64,000 bases of DNA, taken from positions 845,045 to 909,044 of the forward strand of contig CBDIDF010000004.1 of the NCBI GenBank assembly GCA_965277605.1. Direction: 5' to 3'. The translations under genes and the position numbers were made by a program. Numbering within the stretch: position 1 is the stretch's first letter; every line of letters starts with the position of its first letter. This document shows, in pieces, positions 17,376-26,732 of the stretch. This DNA comes from Solirubrobacteraceae bacterium. GTDB lineage: Bacteria; Actinomycetota; Thermoleophilia; Solirubrobacterales; Solirubrobacteraceae. Below the pieces are notes generated by a model that saw only the letters and a list, made by a program, of their open reading frames with translations, did no database searches and had not been told where the DNA came from.

Positions 17376-18740
17376 TCAGGGACGCCAGTCGGCGAGCAGC
17401 GCCAGCCACACCTCGCTGCGGGTCGGGAACGGCGGCATCGCGTGCGCCAGGCGGCGCAGCGGGACCTCCCCGACGATCGCGAACGTCGCCGCGTGCAGGA
17501 ACTCGGCGATCTCGGGGCCGACGAACGTGGCGCCGACGATCACCTCACGGGTCTCGTCGACGACGATCCGCGCCGCGCTGCGCCCACCCTTGCCGACGAA
17601 GCTCCCGCCGGGCGTCGCGCCCGGGTCCGCGTCGACGGCCCTCGCCGGGATCCCGGCGTCGAGCGCGTCCTGAAGGGTCTGCCCGACGGCGGCCACCTGG
17701 GGCTCGGTGAAGACGACCTGCGGGGTGAGCGGGCCGTCCCAGCTCGCCGCGGCCTCGCGGTTCATGATGTTCGCCACCGCGATCGCGGCCTGGTACTTGC
17801 CCGCCTGGGTGAGCAGCGCGCGGCCGTTGACGTCGCCGATCGCATACAGCCAGTCGCGGCCGCCGACCCGCAGGTGATCGTCGACGGCGATCGTCTCCCC
17901 GGGCGCGAGGTCGACCGTCTCCAGGCCCATGTCGTCGGTGTGCGGCCGGCGCCCGACGCACACGAGCAGCTCGTCGCCGACGAGCTCGGCGCCGCCCTGG
18001 AGTGACAACCGGAACTCGCCCTCGTTGCCCAGGCCGGCCTGCGCGGCGGGATCGCCGAGCAGCACCTCGACCCCGGCCTCGCGCAGCGACTCGACGACGA
18101 GCTCGCCGGCGAACGGCTCATTCTTGGGCAGCAGGCCCGGACCGGCCTCGACGAGCGTGACCCCGGACCCGAGCGAGGACCACGCCTGCGCCAGCTCGCA
18201 CCCGACGGGGCCGCCGCCGAGCACGAGCAGCCGCTCGGGCACGTGCTTGGCGGTCGTCGCCTCGCGGTTGGTCCACGGCGCGATCTCGGCCAGGCCGGGC
18301 ACGGGCGGGAGGAGCGCGCCCGAGCCGACCGCGACGAGGACCGCCCGGCGCGCCGTGAGCACGTCGTCGCCGACGGCGACCCGGCGCTCGCCGTCGAGGC
18401 GGCCATGACCGCGATACAGCGTGATCCCGCGGCTCTCCAGCCACCCCATCTGCGGGTCGTCGTGGAGGTCGTGGATGACCTCGTCGCGACGATCGAGGAT
18501 CGCCTGGACGTCGAGCGGGCCGGTCGGGACCCCGGGGACGCGCGCGTCCTCGGCGAGCAGCTCGCCGGGACGCAGCAGCGCCTTGGACGGCATGCAGGCC
18601 CAGTAGGCGCACTCGCCGCCGACCAGCTCGCGCTCGACGAGCGCGACGTCGAGCCCCTCGCCCGCGAGCAGCCCGCAGGCGACCTCGCCCGCCGGCCCGG
18701 CGCCGAGGACGATCACGTCATGTTCGGTGGCCTGGCTCAT
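17376..18740 (-). CDS. Class I pyridine nucleotide-disulfide oxidoreductase (dihydrolipoyl dehydrogenase/mercuric reductase-like)
   Basis: FAD motif VIVLGAGPAGE is present. The redox-active disulfide is GGECAYWACMPSK and the NAD motif is LLVLGGGPVGCE. A C-terminal dimerisation region is also present. Confidence 0.85.
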   Translation of the reverse strand: MSQATEHDVIVLGAGPAGEVACGLLAGEGLDVALVERELVGGECAYWACMPSKALLRPGELLAEDARVPGVPTGPLDVQAILDRRDEVIHDLHDDPQMGWLESRGITLYRGHGRLDGERRVAVGDDVLTARRAVLVAVGSGALLPPVPGLAEIAPWTNREATTAKHVPERLLVLGGGPVGCELAQAWSSLGSGVTLVEAGPGLLPKNEPFAGELVVESLREAGVEVLLGDPAAQAGLGNEGEFRLSLQGGAELVGDELLVCVGRRPHTDDMGLETVDLAPGETIAVDDHLRVGGRDWLYAIGDVNGRALLTQAGKYQAAIAVANIMNREAAASWDGPLTPQVVFTEPQVAAVGQTLQDALDAGIPARAVDADPGATPGGSFVGKGGRSAARIVVDETREVIVGATFVGPEIAEFLHAATFAIVGEVPLRRLAHAMPPFPTRSEVWLALLADWRP

Positions 18741-19228
18741 TTCACCTCACGCAGCGCCCCCGTCTCGACCTCGTAGACGAAACCGCGCACGGAATCCTTG
18801 TTTGGCACGAACGGGGAGGCCTTCACGCGCGCGATCGACTGCCGCACGTCGGCGTCGAGGTCTCCGAACGCCTCGGCCGCCCACGAGGGCCTGATACCCG
18901 TGTCCTGCTCGATCGACTCCTTGAACGCGTCATCGGTGAACGTGAGCATCCCGCAGTCGGTGTGGTGGATGAGGATGATCTCCTCGGTGCCGAGCAGCCG
19001 CTGGGAGATCGCCAGCGAGCGGATCGCGTCGTCGGTGACGACGCCGCCGGCGTTGCGGATCACGTGGGCGTCGCCCTCCTGCAGTCCGAGCGCCCCGTAG
19101 ACGTTCAGGCGCGCGTCCATGCACGCGACGACGGCGGTCTTCGTGGCCGGCGGCAGCGGCAGGTCAGCCTTGTCGAAGCCGGCGGCGTAGGAGCCGTTGT
19201 TGGCAAGCAGTTCGTCGGTGTTGCTCAT
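18737..19228 (-). CDS. Beta-class carbonic anhydrase
   Basis: Zinc ligands sit in VVACMDAR and IHHTDCGM. The start is at ATG 19228 (MSNTDELL). The stop overlaps the downstream start (ATGA). Confidence 0.9.
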   Translation of the reverse strand: MSNTDELLANNGSYAAGFDKADLPLPPATKTAVVACMDARLNVYGALGLQEGDAHVIRNAGGVVTDDAIRSLAISQRLLGTEEIILIHHTDCGMLTFTDDAFKESIEQDTGIRPSWAAEAFGDLDADVRQSIARVKASPFVPNKDSVRGFVYEVETGALREVK

Positions 19229-19318
19229 TGCGTCTCTCCTTGAAGTGGCCCGGTGAAAGTTCACTGATCTTATTGGGATTTGGTTTGGGCGGCGGCCGGT
19301 CTAGGTTGGGTGGTGGGA

Positions 19319-20275
19319 ATGGTTCGATCGTCGCAGGACAGGCAGGCGCGACTCGAGCTGGTGCGCGACTGCGCGCTCGCGCTGCGCGAGACGGTCGTGC
19401 CCTGGCTCGGGCGCTTCGGGGGCCGCGACTTCGAGGGGGTCGGTCTCGGCGGCGACGTCACCTTCGCGATCGACGAGGTCGCCGAGACCGCGCTGGAGGA
19501 GTTCCTGGCGGCGCGGGCGCCCCGCGTCGCCTACTACTCCGAGGACCGCGGGCTCGTCGGCGCCGGCGACGCCGTGGACGTGCTCGTCGTCGACCCGATC
19601 GACGGCACCCGCCCCGCGATGGCCGGCCTGGAGTCGGCGTGCGTCGCGGTCGCGCTCGCGCCGCTGGGCGATGGCGATCCCGTGATGGGCGACATCGGCG
19701 AGGCGTGCGTCGTCGAGATCAAGACCGGCGACCGCTTCCTCGCCGCCGCGGGCGAGGGGATCGTCGAGTCCTCGCGACCGGTCTCGCTGAGCGCCAACTC
19801 CGACGTCGGCGCGCTGTTCTGGGCCTACGGGTTCCGCGGGCGGCCCGCGCGGCCGACCGCCGAGCTGCTCGCCGAGCTGATCGACGCGTCCTCGGTGGGC
19901 GGCGGCTGCTTCGAGCTCGGCTCGCAGGCGTTCGGGATGACGCGGATCGTCACCGGCCAGCTCGACGCGGTGATCGAGGTCGGGTCGCGCATGGTCGACG
20001 AGGTCCCGGGCCTGCGGCGAGAGTTTCAGCGCCTCGGCGGCGGACATATTCTCAACAACTCCCCCTATGACCTGGCCGCGCCGTGGCTGATCCTGCGCGA
20101 GGCCGGCGGCGTGGTCAGCGACGGCTGGGGTCGCCCGCTGCACGACCGCCCGCTGCTCGGCTCCGGCCACGCGTTTCAGATGTCGTCGGTCTCGGCGGCC
20201 GGCCGGGACCTGCACGCGGTTCTCCTTCGTGCGGTCGATGCGGGAATCGAGCGCCTGATCGCCCTGTCGCGCTGA
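19319..20275 (+). CDS. Inositol monophosphatase/FBPase-family phosphatase
   Basis: The metal-binding motif VVDPIDGT is present with an upstream acidic EDRG. I prefer ATG 19319 because it has a GGTGGG RBS-like stretch; the track ORF starts at TTG 19280. Confidence 0.75.
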   Translation: MVRSSQDRQARLELVRDCALALRETVVPWLGRFGGRDFEGVGLGGDVTFAIDEVAETALEEFLAARAPRVAYYSEDRGLVGAGDAVDVLVVDPIDGTRPAMAGLESACVAVALAPLGDGDPVMGDIGEACVVEIKTGDRFLAAAGEGIVESSRPVSLSANSDVGALFWAYGFRGRPARPTAELLAELIDASSVGGGCFELGSQAFGMTRIVTGQLDAVIEVGSRMVDEVPGLRREFQRLGGGHILNNSPYDLAAPWLILREAGGVVSDGWGRPLHDRPLLGSGHAFQMSSVSAAGRDLHAVLLRAVDAGIERLIALSR

Positions 20276-20303
20276 GCGCGAGCGGTTATCGTGAAAGGTC
20301 GGC

Positions 20304-21764
20304 ATGGCAAGCGACACGCCCCTCGTCCTGGTCTCCAACCGCGGGCCGGTGACGTTCCAGCCGGGAGGTGAGGTCAAGCGCGGCACCGGGGGCCTGGTCA
20401 CCGCGCTGATCGGCCTGGCCTCCCACCGCCCGGTCACGTGGGTGGCGTCGGCGATGACCGACGAGGACGTCCTCACCGCGCAGCGCAACGGCGGGCGGCC
20501 GTTCCCGGTGACCAGCCCGGAGGGCGACGAGTACCGGGTCAAGCTCGTCGCCTCCGACGCGACCGCCTACGACGGCTTCTACAACATCATCGCCAACCCG
20601 CTGCTGTGGTTCATCCAGCACTACCTGTGGGATCTGTCCAACGCGCCGGACATCCGCCGCAACGAGACCGAGGCGTTCGAGTTCGGCTACAACGCCGTCA
20701 ACGAGGACCTCGCGCACGCGGTGCTCGAGGAGGTGGCCGAGATCGAGAAGCCGGTGGTCATGGTCCACGACTACCACCTGTACACGCTGCCCGGGATGAT
20801 CCGCCGCGAGCGCCCCGACGCGTTCCTGCACCACTTCATCCACATCCCATGGAGCCAGTCGGACTCCTGGCGCGTGCTGCCCTCCCCGATCCGCCGCGAG
20901 CTCTACGAGGGGATCCTCGCCAACGACATCGTCGGCTTCCACACCCGCTCCTACCGGCGCAACTTCCTGCAGTGCTGCGAGGACCTGATGGGGCTCGAGG
21001 TCGACCACTCCGGCGGCGTGGTCCACATCGACGGGCGGGAGGTGTGGGTCCGCGCCTACCCGCTGCCGATCGACAGCCAGGCGATCCAGAACGTCGCCCG
21101 CCGCCCCCGGGTGACCGAGTTCGAGCACGACCTGCTGCGCCGCCGGCGCGACCACCTGATCCTGCGCGTCGACCGCGCCGACCTGTCCAAGAACGTGCTG
21201 CGCGGGTTCAGCGCGTTCGACACGTTCCTCGACCAGCACCCCGAGTTCGTCGAGAAGGTCACCTTCATCGCCCAGCTGATGCCGTCGCGGACCGACGTGC
21301 CCGAGTACGCCGAGTACCTCGAGCGCATCGAGGCCGTCGTCGCGGTCGTCAACCACCGCCACGGAACCCCGGACTGGATGCCGATCCAGCTCAAGCTCCG
21401 CGACGACCTCGAGGAGGCGGTCGCCGCCTACAAGCACTACGACGTGCTCATGGTCAACGCCATGTTCGACGGCATGAACCTCGTCGCCAAGGAGGGCCCG
21501 ATGGTCAACGAGCGCGCCGGGGTGTCGCTGCTGTCGGAGAACACCGGGGCGCACGAGGAGCTCGCCGAGTTCGCGCTGTCGGTCAACCCGTTCGACATCC
21601 AGGAGCTGGCCGACTCGATCCACGCCGCGCTGACGATGCCCGACGACGAGCGCCGCCGCCGCCACGAGGGGCTCGTCTCGATCGTGACCGCGCGCGACCC
21701 CGGCGACTGGATCGACGACCAGCTCGCCGACATCAACGCCAAAGGGCGCGTTCCGGCTGGGTGA
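20304..21764 (+). CDS. otsA: Alpha,alpha-trehalose-phosphate synthase (GT20)
   Basis: LVLVSNRGPV...GGLVTAL...VHDYHL...FHTRSY...LRVDRADLSKN...LVAKEG are GT20 signature blocks in the canonical order. Confidence 0.9.
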   Translation: MASDTPLVLVSNRGPVTFQPGGEVKRGTGGLVTALIGLASHRPVTWVASAMTDEDVLTAQRNGGRPFPVTSPEGDEYRVKLVASDATAYDGFYNIIANPLLWFIQHYLWDLSNAPDIRRNETEAFEFGYNAVNEDLAHAVLEEVAEIEKPVVMVHDYHLYTLPGMIRRERPDAFLHHFIHIPWSQSDSWRVLPSPIRRELYEGILANDIVGFHTRSYRRNFLQCCEDLMGLEVDHSGGVVHIDGREVWVRAYPLPIDSQAIQNVARRPRVTEFEHDLLRRRRDHLILRVDRADLSKNVLRGFSAFDTFLDQHPEFVEKVTFIAQLMPSRTDVPEYAEYLERIEAVVAVVNHRHGTPDWMPIQLKLRDDLEEAVAAYKHYDVLMVNAMFDGMNLVAKEGPMVNERAGVSLLSENTGAHEELAEFALSVNPFDIQELADSIHAALTMPDDERRRRHEGLVSIVTARDPGDWIDDQLADINAKGRVPAG

Positions 21765-21817
21765 CTTGGTGGTTGCCCGGGCCCGGGCGCCCGGGGGGGT
21801 CGGGCCGGTGGTGCGAT

Positions 21818-21858
21818 GCGGGAAGGTTTCTCGGCGTGAGGCCGAGGAACCTTCCCGC
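21818..21858 (+). terminator. Long perfect-stem hairpin downstream of otsA (terminator-like, no U-tract)
   Basis: gcgggaaggtttctcggc-gtgag-gccgaggaaccttcccgc forms an 18-bp stem with a single G-U pair and a 5-nt loop. It starts 54 nt after the otsA stop and ends 120 nt upstream of rpsF. Confidence 0.45.
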
Positions 21859-21978
21859 ACGGTCGTGGGGGAGGGTCAATCGAGCGTGCGGCGGCGCTGA
21901 GGCGCCGAGGCGCCCATCGCGCCGAGGGTACGCCGTCCCGCTATAGTCGGCCGCCGCCCGCCCGCGGGCGTACTTCTC

Positions 21979-22356
21979 ATGGCCGAACCGACACGCCTCT
22001 ACGACCTGATGCTCGTCATCTCCACTACCGCGGAGGACGAGCGCCGCGCCAAGGTGCTCGCCGACGTCCAGTCCCAGATCATGGGCGGCGGCGGACAGCT
22101 GGAGCGCAACGACGACTGGCAGACGCGCCCGCTGGCCTACGAGATCGACCACCAGACCGAGGGCGAGTACCACCTGCTGCAGTTCACCGGCCCCACCGAG
22201 CTGCTCGAGGCGGTGTCGCACAACCTGCGGATCGACGACGCGGTGCTGCGCTTCCGGATCATCAAGAACCTCCCCGGGACCCCGCCACCGCCGGAGTCCG
22301 CTCCGCCCGTCGTGGCCGGCGCCGGCGCGGCGCCGTCTGCCTCCCCCGAGTCCTAG
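21979..22356 (+). CDS. rpsF: 30S ribosomal protein S6
   Basis: YDLMLVIS...WQTRPLAYEI...GEYHLLQF is present, with a Pro/Ala-rich C-terminal tail. Confidence 0.95.
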   Translation: MAEPTRLYDLMLVISTTAEDERRAKVLADVQSQIMGGGGQLERNDDWQTRPLAYEIDHQTEGEYHLLQFTGPTELLEAVSHNLRIDDAVLRFRIIKNLPGTPPPPESAPPVVAGAGAAPSASPES

Positions 22357-22563
22357 ACCACCGAGCGCGCGCTCGGATCGCGAGCCCCCGAGGCCGCCGT
22401 TGAACGCCCGGACCTGTGACGTCCTCGTCACGCCTCGTGCCGTGAACGTCTCGATCGGGCACGCTCTTTGCCCATTTTCCGGGCAGCGCCGGGTCTGCCG
22501 TCTGACCCGCCCATAGACTCGATCCACGAGCTTTCACACGAGTTTTCCGAAAGGAGCCGGCAC

Positions 22564-23037
22564 ATGGCTGGAGGCAACATCAACCGGGTGATCATCACCG
22601 GAAACCTGACCCGCGATCCCGAGGTCCGCTCGCTGCCCAGCGGCACCTCGCTGTGCGCGATGCGCGTCGCCTGCAACGGCCGGCGACAGAACCGCGAGAC
22701 CCAGCAGTGGGAGGACGTCCCCAACTACTTCGACGTCACCGTGTGGGGCGCGCAGGGCGAGAACTGCGGCCGCTACCTGTCCAAGGGCCGCCCGGTCGCC
22801 ATCGACGGCCGCCTGCAGTGGCGCGAGTTCACCGACAGGGAGGGCAACAAGCGCCAGGCGGTCGATATAGTCGCCGAGTCCGTGCAGTTCCTCGGTGGTC
22901 GCGACGATGCCGGTGGCGGCAACGGGAACGGTTTTTCTAGTGGCGCGCGAGCGACCGAGAGCGACGTCCCGATCGACACCGGTGACTTCGAGCGCACCCC
23001 CGTGGGCGCGAGCTCGGACGACGACATCCCGTTTTAG
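22564..23037 (+). CDS. ssb: Single-stranded DNA-binding protein
   Basis: MAGGNINRVIITGNLTRDPEVR forms the OB fold. A Gly-rich linker follows, and the acidic tip is DDDIPF. An AAAGGAG RBS lies upstream of ATG 22564. Confidence 0.95.
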   Translation: MAGGNINRVIITGNLTRDPEVRSLPSGTSLCAMRVACNGRRQNRETQQWEDVPNYFDVTVWGAQGENCGRYLSKGRPVAIDGRLQWREFTDREGNKRQAVDIVAESVQFLGGRDDAGGGNGNGFSSGARATESDVPIDTGDFERTPVGASSDDDIPF

Positions 23038-23077
23038 AGAATGACCAACATCCGAAACTGAGCTAGGCTGATCAACC

Positions 23078-23401
23078 GTGGCAAAGCAACGCAGACGACC
23101 GGTGCGCCGGCGCGACCGCAAGGGTGGGACGACTTCGACCCGCCGCAAGTCGTGCCCGTACTGCCGGGACAAGATCGAGCAGGTCGACTACAAGGACGTG
23201 TCGATGCTGCGCCGGATGATCTCCGATCGCGGCAAGATCCGGTCGCGGCGGATCACCGGAGCGTGCCGGCGCCATCAGAGTCAGGTCGCCCGCGCGGTCA
23301 AGCGCGCCCGTGAGCTGGCGCTGCTGCCGTACGTGGCCGAGGGAAGCGAGCACCGCGGTGGACGCGGCGATCGTGACCGCGACCGTGACCGCGACCGCTG
23401 A
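23078..23401 (+). CDS. rpsR: 30S ribosomal protein S18
   Basis: [36 protein letters not shown]...RELALLPY is present. The start is GTG. The C-terminal tail [14 protein letters not shown] is unusual. Confidence 0.95.
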   Translation: MAKQRRRPVRRRDRKGGTTSTRRKSCPYCRDKIEQVDYKDVSMLRRMISDRGKIRSRRITGACRRHQSQVARAVKRARELALLPYVAEGSEHRGGRGDRDRDRDRDR

Positions 23402-23418
23402 GCCTCGGAGGAGCTGAG

Positions 23419-23868
23419 ATGCCGCAGGCGATTCTGCTCGAGGACGTCGAGACGCTGGGTGAGCGCGGGACCGTGGTCGACGTGTCGGCCGGCTACCTGC
23501 GCAACTTCCTGCTGCCGCGCAAGCTTGCCGAGCCCGCGACCGTGTCGTCGATCAAGGTGGCTCAGCGCCGCCAGGAGGACTCCGACCGGATGGCGCGCGA
23601 GGCCGAGGAGCGGGCACGCGAGAGCGCGTCGGTGCTCGGCCGCACCGTGCTGACGATCACCCAGCAGGCGGGCGACGACGGACGGCTGTTCGGCTCGGTG
23701 ACGACGCAGGACATCGCCGACGCGATCCGCGAGGCCCGCGGCGTGCGCGTCGACCGCCGCAAGGTCCACCTCGACGACCCGATCAAGAACATCGGGACCT
23801 ACATGGTCGTCGTCGAGGTCGCCGACGGGGTCACCGCGGCGGTCAAGACGATGGTCACCGCGGCCTGA
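23419..23868 (+). CDS. rplI: 50S ribosomal protein L9
   Basis: MPQAILLEDVETLGERGTVVDVSAGYLRNFLLPRKLA, 149 aa. Confidence 0.95.
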   Translation: MPQAILLEDVETLGERGTVVDVSAGYLRNFLLPRKLAEPATVSSIKVAQRRQEDSDRMAREAEERARESASVLGRTVLTITQQAGDDGRLFGSVTTQDIADAIREARGVRVDRRKVHLDDPIKNIGTYMVVVEVADGVTAAVKTMVTAA

Positions 23869-24135
23869 CGGCCACGGCTCTCGGTTCGCGCTCCACCCGC
23901 CGCGCCGCCTCCGAGCGATAGGTCGGGTGGCCCGCGACGGGCGCGTTCGTGCCCGAGGCGGAGTGTGCCGCACGAGGATCGGCGACCGCAACACGGTTTC
24001 GAGCTCGTAGTCGGCGAGAGCCGCAGCGGTTTCCGGACGGCGCGCAACGGCCGGCCGACCACCGGTGAACCAGGGCTCCCAGTGTGCGCGCCGGGTGGCC
24101 TACTTTTCAACCGGCGCCCACATTGGTTGGCGTGG

Positions 24136-24432
24136 GCCCGGACCCCGGGCCATGACGCTGCGTTCTGGGACATGAACGCGCCCGCGTTTTGTGAGCTCCT
24201 TCCAGCTGCGGGCATGGGAGCGGTGGAGGTAGGCTGCGGTGAGGGGCGCGTCGGACGAATGCTCGCTGATTTGGGTCATCGGGTGCGTGGCCTGGACAGC
24301 TCGCCGACCCTCGTGGAGGCCGCCCGAGCTGCCGGGAGCTAGGAAGAGGTCGTCTGCGGGTGCGCGACGGCGCTGCCCTGGCCGTCGAACAGCCGCGACC
24401 TCGCGGTCGCCTTCAAGAGCTCCGCGAACCAC
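24136..24432 (+). pseudogene. Decayed class I SAM-dependent methyltransferase
   Basis: Motif I is VEVGCGEGRVGRMLADLGHRVRGLDSSPTLVEAARAAGS, followed by an in-frame TAG at 24340-24342. The reading then continues EEVVCGCATALPWPSNSRDLAVAF, which is post-I/motif II-like. The frame collapses downstream and no intact C-terminal half was found in any frame. Confidence 0.45.
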
Positions 24433-24694
24433 GCCCGACGCCTGAGCTGAGACGGTTGCTCGCACGCCCCGGCTTGCGGCGGCGCGCGCGGGCGTCATCG
24501 TCTGGCAGCGGTGCACGACCGCCAGCGCATGCGCATCTCGGCACGCACTCGGGCGGGGCGGCCCCTGACCCTGACCGACGGGGGTTGATTCGGCAACGCT
24601 CGGAGAACCAGTCGGCGCCTATGCACCTTGGTGTCCCGGTGGGCGTTGCGCGAGCTTCCAAACGTCCCGGTTGCAGCCGCGGAGCCAGCACATT

Positions 24695-25444
24695 TCAGTG
24701 AGCATTCGCACCCAGCCAAGTCCCGAACGTCTGAGCTCCCCGCACGTCGGGGTCCGGGCACGTCAAAGCGCCTTCCCGGAGGGCACGGCCAAGCTTGCCT
24801 GGCAGCGGTATTGGGATCTCGACCGCCCGGCAACCAGTCTCGTCTCGCCACAGGCGTCCGAGCGAGCGCAGATCATGAACCTCGGGCCCCGCGATCGTCA
24901 CCCGCCCCAGACGCGGCGCACCGGTTGCAACCGCAGCTACCGCATCCGCCGCCTCCTGCACACCCACGGGCTGAAACTCGGCCCGGGCCGCCGGCGAGAC
25001 GTGACGACGCCCGGCCGCCGACAGCCAAGAACAAAGCAGGTCGTGAAATTGCGTCGAGCGCGCGATCGTCCACGGCAGACCTCCTCCTTCGACCACGCGC
25101 TCCTGCTCGAGCTTCACGCGGTAATACGCCATTGGCACGTGCTCGATTCCCACGATCGACACGCACACGTGATGCCCGACGCCGACGCGCGCCTCGACCT
25201 CCAGCAACCGGCGCGATCCTTCGACGAGCACCGCTCGCGCCTTCCCTGACGGCGATCCGTTGCTGGCATCGATGACAACGTCGCAGTCCGCAAGCGCGGC
25301 TTCCAGGCCGCCGCCGGTGCTCAGGTCGACTGGGAACTGCGCGGCGCCACGGCTGAGCGTACGAACCTCGTGGTCCTGCCGCAGGAGCGCCTCGGCGATG
25401 CGACGCCCGATCGTTCCCGTTCCACCGACGACAGCAATCCTCAT
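24695..25444 (-). CDS. NmrA-like/atypical SDR NAD(P)-binding protein
   Basis: MRIAVVGGTGTIGRRIAEAL is a Rossmann GxxGxxG motif. The protein is about 250 aa. The start is at ATG 25444. Confidence 0.8.
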   Translation of the reverse strand: MRIAVVGGTGTIGRRIAEALLRQDHEVRTLSRGAAQFPVDLSTGGGLEAALADCDVVIDASNGSPSGKARAVLVEGSRRLLEVEARVGVGHHVCVSIVGIEHVPMAYYRVKLEQERVVEGGGLPWTIARSTQFHDLLCSWLSAAGRRHVSPAARAEFQPVGVQEAADAVAAVATGAPRLGRVTIAGPEVHDLRSLGRLWRDETGCRAVEIPIPLPGKLGRALREGALTCPDPDVRGAQTFGTWLGANAH

Positions 25445-25701
25445 GCCGCTCACACGATGCCACACCACCAGATCCCTGGTCACGCGCAGACACCACCATT
25501 CGCTCCGGTCGCCGTTCGACGATCGTCTGCCGGGATACCCTGCTGCCGCTCATCCGGCCCATCGTCCCGAGCGGCGCAGTGTGACCAGACGACCCAGATT
25601 TCGTGCACGCGGAAGCGACCAGCGTCGGCGCTGCCTGCTGAGAACCTTCCGAACCATGGGAGTGTCAGTGAAGGTGGGTCCGGAGGGCTCGGAGGCAGGC
25701 G

Positions 25702-26732
25702 TCACCGCGTCGGCGACATCAGCTGCGACAACGTCACGCGTCGCACGTGGAAGGTGAGCACGTCGAAATCGCGGCCATCGACCTCGCGAATAGGCACGCC
25801 GGTTCCTGCCTGCAGCCAGACGCGCTCGAGATCACGGCCGGTGCCCCAGCCGACCCGGAGCGCGGGCCGTCCGTCGACCGTGGTCGGCGCCTGACGCACG
25901 CCCTGGATCGTGCTCAGCGCTTCGAGCGCGGCCGCGCGCACCCGGGGGCGCCCTGCCCCTTGTTCGAGCGCCTCCTCGGAAAGCATCCAGACATAGCTGT
26001 CGTCCACCTGCCGTGGCGTTGGCGGGGTGTAACGGCGATATCGGCGCGGCCCGTGCAGATATGCCTGACGCATCGTGGCGCGGGCCCGCCGTTCGGCGGG
26101 CGTCCACTTGGGACCGCCGCCGATCGTTGCCAGCACGGCGTGCCGGGCCGCGGCAGGAGAGCGATCGGCCGTGCGGGCGATCCCGTCGAGTCCGGCCGGC
26201 GAGACGTCGGGGCGATGGGTCCGGTGTGCGGAGATCGCGGCCTTCAGGCCGGACAGCGAGTTGGCGTAGTACCCGGGGCCGTGATCCGTGAACAGGTTCA
26301 CCTCCCAGAAGCGCAGGGAGTGACGGCCGGTGCGGACATAGTGGTAGGAGACGAGCGTCGCATCACCAGGCGGTCTCCGGATCCGTCGCACATCGAGGGC
26401 GAGACGGACCAGCGTCGGCTCCGTGGTTCCAGGAGCCGCCCCGCTCGGGGTCGGGGGGCCACGGGAGCCCTCCGCGGTGGCGTGCTCGCGATCGCGTGTC
26501 GCGCCCCGCCCCGGGCCGGCTGGGCGGCGGGATCCTCCGTCACGAGCAGCGTCGCGCCAGCCCCGGCGAGCAGGGCGACGGCGAACGCGCCCTGCGCGCG
26601 GCGGCGCGCTCGCCGGCGTCGACCACCGTGGGCGATCAGCGCCGCCCGGGCGCGGGCCGTCTCAGCCTGCGTCGGCAGCTCCGGGAGCGGCCGGAGCTCG
26701 ACCAGCCAGTCCAGCTCGGGTTCGTCGGTCAT
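25702..26732 (-). pseudogene. ECF-sigma-linked single-pass membrane protein (anti-sigma-like N-terminus plus extracytoplasmic domain), apparently split by a frameshift
   Basis: ATG 26732 overlaps the sigma stop (ATGA) and encodes MTDEPELDWLVELRPLPELP...AFAVALLAGAGATLLV, which includes a TM segment. After about 26500 that frame turns into Arg/Pro-rich text and stops at 26298. A second frame reads TAEGSRGPPTPSGAAPGTTEPTLVRLALDVRRIRRPPGDATLVSYHYVRTG... and stays protein-like down to 25702. Confidence 0.45.

Noticed and set aside
21860-21978. A ribosomal S6:S18-binding leader RNA upstream of rpsF.
   Set aside because: I cannot recognise the conserved structure by eye, and a covariance-model search would be needed. 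Only the hairpin and a TATAGT hexamer are directly visible.
23353-23398. The (Arg-Asp)n tail of S18 ([14 protein letters not shown]), encoded by a cgcgac/cgtgac microsatellite.
   Set aside because: It is probably just a lineage-specific low-complexity extension. It is in frame and terminal, with no evidence of any further function.
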